From assembly GCA_017303875.1 (NCBI GenBank), contig JAFLBP010000031.1, positions 1,661 to 65,660 of the forward strand: DNA of 64,000 bases, given 5' to 3'. Both the position numbers and the translations under genes were made by a program. Positions 7,858-15,135 of this stretch are shown one piece after another. The stretch's first letter is position 1, and each line of letters begins with the position of its first letter. Below the pieces are notes generated by a model, which made no database searches, was not told the origin of the DNA, and worked only from the letters and a program-made list of their open reading frames with translations. Source of the stretch: Chitinophagales bacterium (lineage in GTDB: Bacteria; Bacteroidota; Bacteroidia; Chitinophagales; Saprospiraceae).

Positions 7858-10800
7858 CTACTGACTGGGGGACACGACCCGGAACCCGACACCGTAGCCG
7901 CGATTAACAGGACTGCGGTCGTAGCGATACGACACTCGGCCATACGTGGCGTCGTCGACCCAGGAGCCGCCACGCAGCACACGGCCCGAGCCGGAAGCAG
8001 GCCCTTGTGGGTTGGTCTGGGCCTCCGAAGGGTAGGCACCTTTCCAGTCGCTGCACCATTCCCACACATTGCCTGCCATATCATACAGCCCGAGGGCATT
8101 GGGCCGGAAAGAACCCACCGGGGTGGTTTTGCCGCGATACTCCCCGACGACGGAGTAAGGCTTTTTGTACTCGGCGCTGGCATCAAAATTAGCCTCCCTG
8201 GGGTCTAAAATATTTTTACCATTGCCAAACAAAACGGCTTTGCCGCCTTCGCGGGCAGCGTATTCCCATTCGGCTTCGGTAGGCAGGCGGTAGTTGCGGC
8301 CGGGGTAGCGGGCATTGAGTTTTTGCAGGAAGGTTTGTATGTCATCCCAGCTTACCTGTTCTACCGGGCAGTCGGGGCAGTCCTTAAAATTGGAAGGATT
8401 TTCACCCATTATCTCTTGCCATTGCCGCTGGGTGACTTCGTATTTACCCATATAAAAATCCGAGAGGGTCACGCGGCGGGTGGGTTTTTCGTCGTCGTAA
8501 CAGTCCTGCTGCTCGCTGGTACAGCCCATGGTGAAGGTGCCGCCTTTGATGCGTACCATGCTGGCTTCGGGGTCTTTGAGCAGGGCATCGCGTTCGGCGG
8601 TGGTAGCCGGGGCGAGTAGGGCTTGCTGCTGTGGCTGCTCAGGGGGCGGTGCTGAGCCTTCCACTTCGCGCTTGAAGGCGGCCCAGGCGGCGGCATCTAC
8701 TAATTTTTTCGGACTTTCCTTGCCGGTCAGGTCGTAGCTGCGGTAGAGGTCTTTGGTGCTCAGGCCGTAGCGTTGCAGCAGGGCGCGCACGAGGCGCACG
8801 GCATTGGCGCGGGTTTGGGGCCAGGGAGATTCGGGCTTATCGCTGTCGCAGAGCGTTATGCCCAGCAGCACCTTGTTGAGGCCATCCGGGTTTTGGCGCA
8901 GCAGTTCCTGCCCGAGGGGGCGGTAATTGGCACTGCCTGCATGGTAGGCGATTTCACCTTCCGGGATTACTTGGAGCAGCGTTTTGTCATCCACCACAAA
9001 ATGGGTTGAAGGCGGCCGGTCTATTTTGTTGTAATAATTCCATATTTGTCTCGCATTCAAAGGATCAAATGACCAATACAACACAATGCCCTTTACGGCC
9101 TGCATTTTATAGCGCAGCGAATCCTTCAGTGCAGGTCGGGTTTCGGGATTGCTCAGGAAATCCTGTACCACATCTGGCAGCACGGGGGTGTTTTGTATGG
9201 GGTAGTTTCGGCGCTTGGGGGGCTTGGGGGGCACTTCTCCAACGCCCTGCAACAAGGTTTCGAGGTTCACCGGCATATGCAGGCGCAGGGTATCGAAGTA
9301 GAGGGAGTCGGTTTCTGTCAGTAGTATATTATAATATCGTCTTGCCTCGTCTAACCTATTCCCTGCATTAATCAACGATCGAGTACTATTATTGGCATTT
9401 TTTCGATTTCCCGGATATTGTGCATACACTTTATCCTGAAAGTATGCCGACAGCCCAAGCGCATGCCAGATATTGGAACGCACTGGTGTTGATACTTGTA
9501 AATCTCCATTGCTCAGAGCGCGCCATTTGGCGTCTAAGGTATTAAAGTCAAATGTTCGGCTGAATCGGGTTGAGTCATTTGCATTATCATCCTCTTGTGC
9601 CAAAATGATCCCCCCATTTTGTATTGGAGCGGCAACCCTGATAGAATCATTCAGGTAAAAATTAAAATACTGTGCGATACAGTTGTATTTAAAATGCCCG
9701 GGATGATCAAAAGTTTGGGGCATTATGTCATCATCCGGCCGCCAAAGAAAAGGCCCGTCTATATAGCTATTGGCCTGCACTTTAAATTTCAAAAACAAAC
9801 TATCAGCCATCCTTATGCTGTCCTGATATGGGCCTATCCATTGAGAAAAAGATTTTACATTCCTGATATTCAGCGCCATCCACACCGCCTTATTGTGCCA
9901 AATCTGTGCGGAATCTACAAATTGCTCCTCTTGTATAAAGGTCTCATGGCTTTGCTGCTCCTTCAAGGTATTCAGGTGCGTATGCATCCAAAACGCATAA
10001 GCCCACATCCCCAGCGCAAGCAGTACGCCCAGCAGGCCCCACCAAAAATGGCGGGTAAAACGCGGGCGATGGGCCAGATAAGCCGCTACCGTGCTGACCG
10101 GCAGCGCAATGCGCCGATCCACAAAGCCATCGAGGGCGCGCAACTGCTCGGGCGAAAAATAGCCCAAGGCCAGCAGTTCGCGCAGGGCCTGGCGATGGCT
10201 TTCATTTTCAGGATCTAAGGTAAAGCGGTGCAGACTGAGGTTGGTTTTCCAGTCTATCTCGGCGTAGCTGCCGCGCACCTGGTCCTGTACGGCTTCCAGG
10301 GTTTCGGCGACGGCCAAGCGGGCTTCCCGCTCCTGCTCCGGACTCAGGCAGGCCAGCAGGGCATTGGCCAACTCGGGGTCATATTCATTACGGCTGAGCC
10401 AGGGCACACGACTGAGGCGCAGCAGCCGGTCGTGGGTGCAGTCCAACCCTAATCGTTTGCCAATGGCGAGGGTGAGGGCAAAGTCAGGCTGTACGCTCAC
10501 CGCCAGGGCGCAAAGCCAAGTAAAGGCTTCGGGGTCGTGCGCAAAATAGGCGCGGATGGCCTCGGGATCGCGCCAGTTCACGGTGCGCGGATTGGGTTCC
10601 GCGCGGCGGGCAGCGAGGCGCTCCTCCCAACGGTCATAGGGGCCGGGTTCGTATTCGTCGAGGGTTTCCAGGCTACTCAGTCCGGCCAGTATACCCTCCG
10701 TGTCGGCGGGGTACAGCAGCATTTCCCGGTGCAGCAGCACCTCGGTATCTTTCCAGGCGCTCAGGGGCTGTACACTCAGGAAAAGGCGTTTTTTCCAGCT

Positions 10801-12441
10801 CGCCAATCGCTGCATGGTTTCTGGCAGCAGGGCAGGCAGGCGGGTATCGTATACATTGAGCAGGCCCGCGCCGCTGCCGAGTAGCACGAGGCGGCGGTCG
10901 GCGAAATGTTGTTGTATTTTATCCAAATGCAGTCCCGCCGGATGGGCGTCGTTCCAGAAGTTGCGGTAGTCGCCATTGTGGTAAAAAACCTCCAGGGGGG
11001 CGTCCTGGCGCTGAAAAAACCTTCCCAAACGCTCCAGCAGGCGGCCTTGCTGATCAAAAGCCGTCGGCCGTTCGATGAGGAAAAGCCAGGCTGGCGGACT
11101 CTGCTCGCGGCGGCTTAGCAGGGTTGGGAAACCACCGGCATTGATGGTGGCGCGCACGGAAGCAGGGATATCCCAACTGCGTTTTTCGTTTTCTTCCCGG
11201 CGGCGCAGCAGTTCGGCCATGCGGAAAAAGTCGGGCGGCGTGGCAATTTTATCGTCCTGCGGCAGGTAAGGAATAAAATACGGTGCTTTGTCGTGTATCG
11301 GGTGCTGCTCGGCCAGTGCAGCCGGGTCGGCAGTTTCGTGCTTGCGGCGACGGGCCAGCCACCAGCGCCAAAAGCACCAGAGCGCAAACAACAGGGGCAA
11401 AAGCGGCAGCGCCCATACCCAGGCGTACAGGCGGTAGCGCATGGGCGTGGAAGTGTCGTAAGCCAAAGGCGCATACGCCAGCAGGGGCTTGCTGTTGCCA
11501 ACATCAAAAGCGAGCGTCGTGTCAGAATAGCAGTACAGGCTGTCCCGTGCAATCCGACAGCGCACCGTTGCAGAGCCGTTTTCGCGGAAGGTATAGCGGG
11601 CGGTATTTCCCCAAACGGAATCCTTGCGGTTGAATATCCAGCGTACCACAACGCCTTTTTCGGGCTTGGGCAGAGAAAACATGTAGGCAGTATCGGTGCG
11701 CAGGGGCGATTGAGGGGTTTTGAGGCCCAGGAGTGAAGGCGCTGCGGTGCAGTGTACCGACAGGAGCAGGGAATCCTTGCCGCGCACACCTGCGTGCAGG
11801 GATAGGCTTCGGTCGCGCCCGATGTCGGTGGCTGTCCAGCGGAAATGCTCAGAAGTATCGCGGCGTTCGAGTGCGCCGGTAGCGGCATCGCGGAGTTCCC
11901 AGGAGGAGGAATCGGGGTGCAGGTTTTCGCTCAGGTTTCGGAATACGTGGGGTTCGCCTTCGCGCAGGCGGCCGTCCGGCAGCAATTTTTCAAATTCCGG
12001 CGGCGGCAGCGGGGTTGTTTTGCCTGTTGGTGTTGTAAAAATAAAATAGGCTACCAGGCCCAGCAGCAACAGTCCCGCAACAGCGAGCAGCCATTGCCGG
12101 AAATCGCGGCGGGGCTTTATCGGGGGCGTTGGATCGGGTGTTGCCGGTGGTTCAAAGGGGATCTTTTCGGCGCTCCATTCGGCAGCTTCTTTTTCGCATT
12201 CGGCCCAAAATTGTTCAAAAATAAGATAAAAACGGCCTTGTTCTTCGGCATTGGTAGCGACAAATGGCGCGAGGCGTTGCGCCAACGCGCTGGCGGAGAA
12301 CTGGCCGATATGTTGGGTGGCGTATTGTTCAAATACCTGCAATAAGCGCAACTTCCGTCCGGTATCCATGCGGAAACCGGCGGCTTTGAGCTGGGCGAAG
12401 AGTTGCTCCAGCGGCAAAGGAATGTGTGCTTGCGGTGGCAT
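7858..12441 (-). CDS. 1527-aa three-TM multidomain protein: N-terminal helical module, MIDAS-less vWA-like cytoplasmic segment, and PGRP/amidase_2-like plus FGE-sulfatase-like C-terminal domains
   Basis: TM helices lie at about aa 117-136, 338-362 and 799-819, each flanked by R/K clusters on the predicted cytoplasmic side. aa ~423-590 reads WDIPASVRATINAGGFPTLLSRRE..PPAWLFLIERPTAFDQQ...LEVFYHNGD...RRLVLLGSGAG. aa ~1117-1247 is amidase_2-like (IVLYWSFD..STHFVVD..AYHAGSANY..LGITLCD..YRSYDLTGKESPK). aa 1295-1527 is FGE-sulfatase-like (MVRIKGGTFTMG...YMGKYEVTQRQW...RLPTEAEWEYAAR...YDMAGNVWEWC...RVLRGGSW). Confidence 0.85.
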   Translation of the reverse strand: MPPQAHIPLPLEQLFAQLKAAGFRMDTGRKLRLLQVFEQYATQHIGQFSASALAQRLAPFVATNAEEQGRFYLIFEQFWAECEKEAAEWSAEKIPFEPPATPDPTPPIKPRRDFRQWLLAVAGLLLLGLVAYFIFTTPTGKTTPLPPPEFEKLLPDGRLREGEPHVFRNLSENLHPDSSSWELRDAATGALERRDTSEHFRWTATDIGRDRSLSLHAGVRGKDSLLLSVHCTAAPSLLGLKTPQSPLRTDTAYMFSLPKPEKGVVVRWIFNRKDSVWGNTARYTFRENGSATVRCRIARDSLYCYSDTTLAFDVGNSKPLLAYAPLAYDTSTPMRYRLYAWVWALPLLPLLFALWCFWRWWLARRRKHETADPAALAEQHPIHDKAPYFIPYLPQDDKIATPPDFFRMAELLRRREENEKRSWDIPASVRATINAGGFPTLLSRREQSPPAWLFLIERPTAFDQQGRLLERLGRFFQRQDAPLEVFYHNGDYRNFWNDAHPAGLHLDKIQQHFADRRLVLLGSGAGLLNVYDTRLPALLPETMQRLASWKKRLFLSVQPLSAWKDTEVLLHREMLLYPADTEGILAGLSSLETLDEYEPGPYDRWEERLAARRAEPNPRTVNWRDPEAIRAYFAHDPEAFTWLCALAVSVQPDFALTLAIGKRLGLDCTHDRLLRLSRVPWLSRNEYDPELANALLACLSPEQEREARLAVAETLEAVQDQVRGSYAEIDWKTNLSLHRFTLDPENESHRQALRELLALGYFSPEQLRALDGFVDRRIALPVSTVAAYLAHRPRFTRHFWWGLLGVLLALGMWAYAFWMHTHLNTLKEQQSHETFIQEEQFVDSAQIWHNKAVWMALNIRNVKSFSQWIGPYQDSIRMADSLFLKFKVQANSYIDGPFLWRPDDDIMPQTFDHPGHFKYNCIAQYFNFYLNDSIRVAAPIQNGGIILAQEDDNANDSTRFSRTFDFNTLDAKWRALSNGDLQVSTPVRSNIWHALGLSAYFQDKVYAQYPGNRKNANNSTRSLINAGNRLDEARRYYNILLTETDSLYFDTLRLHMPVNLETLLQGVGEVPPKPPKRRNYPIQNTPVLPDVVQDFLSNPETRPALKDSLRYKMQAVKGIVLYWSFDPLNARQIWNYYNKIDRPPSTHFVVDDKTLLQVIPEGEIAYHAGSANYRPLGQELLRQNPDGLNKVLLGITLCDSDKPESPWPQTRANAVRLVRALLQRYGLSTKDLYRSYDLTGKESPKKLVDAAAWAAFKREVEGSAPPPEQPQQQALLAPATTAERDALLKDPEASMVRIKGGTFTMGCTSEQQDCYDDEKPTRRVTLSDFYMGKYEVTQRQWQEIMGENPSNFKDCPDCPVEQVSWDDIQTFLQKLNARYPGRNYRLPTEAEWEYAAREGGKAVLFGNGKNILDPREANFDASAEYKKPYSVVGEYRGKTTPVGSFRPNALGLYDMAGNVWEWCSDWKGAYPSEAQTNPQGPASGSGRVLRGGSWVDDATYGRVSYRYDRSPVNRGYGVGFRVVSPSQ

Positions 12442-12538
12442 TAGTTATTCAAATGCGGAATGTTTCAAATGCGGAATGCGGAGTGCGGAATACCCCTTCC
12501 TTCAGGAGGGCCGGGGTGGGTTGCGGAGTACGGATGAA

Positions 12539-12739
12539 CGACCCTGAAGGGGTCGAATATGAATAGCCCCGGATGCAATCCGGGGTTCGTAGTAACATAG
12601 CCAACGACCCTGAAGGGGTCGAATATGGCCCGGCGTATCCCGGCATTTTAATATTCGACCCCTTCAGGGTCGGATAAACCTGATTGATATACCCCGGATT
12701 GCATCCGGGGCTATCCATATTTGACCCTTTCAGGGTCTG
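12539..12739. repeat. Composite REP/BIME-like palindrome (U-P-U / U'-P'-U')
   Basis: Unit cgaccctgaaggggtcgaatat occurs at 12539-12560 and 12605-12626. Its exact reverse complement is at 12651-12672, with a diverged copy at 12717-12739. The hairpin ccccggatgcaatccgggg (12567-12585) recurs inverted at 12691-12712. GCGGAAT word repeats lie upstream at 12449-12491. Confidence 0.85.
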
Positions 12740-12807
12740 TGCATCCGGGTACAGGTGCATTGTGCAAGGATGCTGCCTGGTATCGCTTGTTGCCAATCGT
12801 CTGTTCC

Positions 12808-13731
12808 TCATGGCAAAATTTGTTTTAAAACCTTGTGCACGGCATCGAGGTCGTCCTTGGTTTTGATGAGGAAGGACAGGTTTTCTTCTTTGAGTTGGCG
12901 TTGTCTGGCGGTGTCGGCGCTCCAGAAGCCTTTGGTTTGCAGGAGTTTGAGCCAGGCAATCAACTCGGCGGTGGCCGGCGATTTGCGCACAGAAGCGGCG
13001 CGGATTTTTTCAAAAAAACTGATCAGGTCGTCGTAACCCGCTTTGGTTTGTTCGGTGATGCCGCCGAGGTGCAGCGACACGATGTCGCGCAGGTCCTGTC
13101 CCTTCGGAAATTCGATATGGTAAAAAGCGCAGCGGCGCAGAAAGGCGTCGGGCAGGTTTTTTTCCGAATTGGAGGTCAGGATAACCACAATATCGGCCGC
13201 CGGATTTTTCTGCGCTTTAAATCCGGGAATTTCGCGGATGGCAAATCGGTAGTGCAGGATTTCATCAAGCAGGTCGTTGGTGAAATCGCGGGGCGCTTTA
13301 TCCACCTCGTCGATGAGCACCACACTGCTTTTAGGCTGTTCGGGCAGCGCAATACCGAAGGTTTGCAGGAGCGCGGGGTCGAGTCCTTCCGGACGGGAAT
13401 AGGCCACTGCTTCCCCGAATGCGTTGAGACTGATGAAATTTTCGGCGGGCGTTGTGCGCTCAATATTGCGCAGGTTGGCGGCCTGGAAATGAGACAGTGC
13501 GTCGTAAGTATAGAACAAATCCGTGGCCCTCGACACCGTTTTGGTATTAAACACCAGCACTTCCTCATGGAATCGGCCGGGGTATTTGTTTTGCAGGTAC
13601 TCAAGTGCCCAGCGGGCCATTTCGGTTTTGCCGGTGCCCGGCTCGCCGGTGAGCAGGAGGGGTTGTTTCATCTGGACGGCGGCCTCAAAAGCATTTTTCA
13701 GGCTGTCGCTTGCTTTATATTTAATCGGCAT
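12808..13731 (-). CDS. MoxR-class AAA+ ATPase
   Basis: 307 aa. Walker A is LLLTGEPGTGKTEMA, Walker B is VVLIDEVDKAPRDF, sensor-1 is VVILTSNSEKNLP and the Arg region is DAFLRRC. The size and single-AAA architecture are typical of MoxR. Confidence 0.9.
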   Translation of the reverse strand: MPIKYKASDSLKNAFEAAVQMKQPLLLTGEPGTGKTEMARWALEYLQNKYPGRFHEEVLVFNTKTVSRATDLFYTYDALSHFQAANLRNIERTTPAENFISLNAFGEAVAYSRPEGLDPALLQTFGIALPEQPKSSVVLIDEVDKAPRDFTNDLLDEILHYRFAIREIPGFKAQKNPAADIVVILTSNSEKNLPDAFLRRCAFYHIEFPKGQDLRDIVSLHLGGITEQTKAGYDDLISFFEKIRAASVRKSPATAELIAWLKLLQTKGFWSADTARQRQLKEENLSFLIKTKDDLDAVHKVLKQILP

Positions 13732-13737
13732 AAGCGC

Positions 13738-14874
13738 TTATTTTTTCGAGTTGATGCGGGCAATGCGTTTGTTGTGTTCGATGATGCGCTCGCGGAGTAT
13801 TCGCTCCACGGCTTCCATATCCATTTGCTGGATGTTGCCAAAAAGCTGATCCACCATTTGATTTTCATCTTTATCCATATCCACCATAAGGCGGCGGTAG
13901 CGGCTGAACCACTCCACCATATCGGGGCGCGTAACGGCTCGGAGTTCTTCGAGGGTTTCTTGCGGGGCGGTGGCGGCGTGCTCGCGGATGACGGCGTCTA
14001 CTTCAGCGCGTTTGTTGGTGTTGTCCGCCGCGTATTCGATACCGAAGAAAAAGAAAAATTGAGGCGCCGTATCAGGCAGGGCAGCGGCGAGGAAGGTAGT
14101 GACAAAATCGCGGACAAAAACGGGGGTGACGGCCTTGTTCCAGTTAGCATCGTCCATGGTGATGAGCACGAACACGTAGTCGTTCGGGCCGTAGCTGCTC
14201 AGTTCGGGGCTTTGCAGCAATTCGCCGATATTTTTTTGTAAAATCGGCTCTTTTTCGTTTACTTTATCAAAAAAATTGGCCAAAAGCGCTTTAATTACCT
14301 CAATTTTATACAGCATGGGCACAGAGCGCACGCTTGGTTTGAGGTATTTAAACAGGACTTTGGTGCCCGATTCGTATTGCCCGTTTTCCCAGTTGAGCAG
14401 TTGGCCGCCTTGTTCGCGGCCGAGGCGTTCGTGCAGGCTCTCATGCGCCTGCGCGGCATCGCCGTAGAGGTAAAATTTATGTATTTTTTTGCCCTGTCCG
14501 TCGGTGTAAAAATACAATTCAAAGGCGTCGCGCTGGGCAAAGCGGTCGCAGGTCAGGGCGTGGTATTCGGGCAGGCAAAAATGGTCTTTGCAATTGGCCT
14601 GCCAGGCCTCGTTGAGGTCTTCAAATCGGATGCGTTCGATAAACCAAAGCAGGGCTTCGGCAACGCTGTTAAAGGTTTTGGATTGATCCCGGAAGTCAAT
14701 TTGACCGAAATGCCCGGCAGCGCGGGCGTTGTTGTAGCGCGACTGGAGGAGGATGAGTTCGTTGTAACGCGGGCTGTCTTGCTGGAGCGCTTCCTCAATA
14801 CTGGCAATCACCTCATCGTAGCGGGCTTCGCCGACAAGGTTTTTCCAATTGTATTTAAGGGCTGCCTCCAACAT
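13738..14874 (-). CDS. Hypothetical protein: EAD-like helical N-terminal module plus an alpha/beta region lacking a Walker A motif
   Basis: 378 aa. The stop is 6 nt from the MoxR start. The N-terminus ..YDEVIASIEEALQQDSPRYNELILLQSRYNNARAAGHFGQIDFRDQSKTFNSVAEALLWFIERI resembles the helical effector-associated domains at the N-termini of Bacteroidota STAND/TIR proteins. YLYGDAAQAHESLHERL sits where a P-loop would be. The function call is an inference. Confidence 0.65.
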   Translation of the reverse strand: MLEAALKYNWKNLVGEARYDEVIASIEEALQQDSPRYNELILLQSRYNNARAAGHFGQIDFRDQSKTFNSVAEALLWFIERIRFEDLNEAWQANCKDHFCLPEYHALTCDRFAQRDAFELYFYTDGQGKKIHKFYLYGDAAQAHESLHERLGREQGGQLLNWENGQYESGTKVLFKYLKPSVRSVPMLYKIEVIKALLANFFDKVNEKEPILQKNIGELLQSPELSSYGPNDYVFVLITMDDANWNKAVTPVFVRDFVTTFLAAALPDTAPQFFFFFGIEYAADNTNKRAEVDAVIREHAATAPQETLEELRAVTRPDMVEWFSRYRRLMVDMDKDENQMVDQLFGNIQQMDMEAVERILRERIIEHNKRIARINSKK

Positions 14875-14952
14875 TGATTTTCAAGAAGATTGAAGGGCAA
14901 ATATATTAAAATTAACACAAGCACTATGGAAGATTATATTGCTACATAAATC

Positions 14953-15119
14953 GTCTGAACCGGGATTTGGGGGGATTTTGAGATTCAGGGATTGGATTTT
15001 TTGAAGTTTTTTGGATGTTTCTTTCAAAACAAAGACGAACTTATTCCCCAAACCATAAAAAGACTATCACAAAAATCCTCCAAAATCCAATCCCTGAATC
15101 TCAAAATCCCCCCAAATCC
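14953..15119. repeat. Perfect 48-bp inverted repeat with a 71-nt spacer
   Basis: gtctgaaccgggatttggggggattttgagattcagggattggatttt (14953-15000) is the exact reverse complement of 15072-15119. It lies directly downstream of the gcvT stop and upstream of the 378-aa gene. Confidence 0.9.
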
Positions 15120-15135
15120 CGGTTCAGACAACTAC

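Noticed and set aside
12449-12811. A 120-aa minus-strand ORF between MoxR and the giant gene (..TLKGSN..SPGCNPG..).
   Set aside because: Its sequence is simply the translation of the palindromic repeat units, since the same peptide words recur because the DNA units recur. It is treated as a repeat element and not as a gene.
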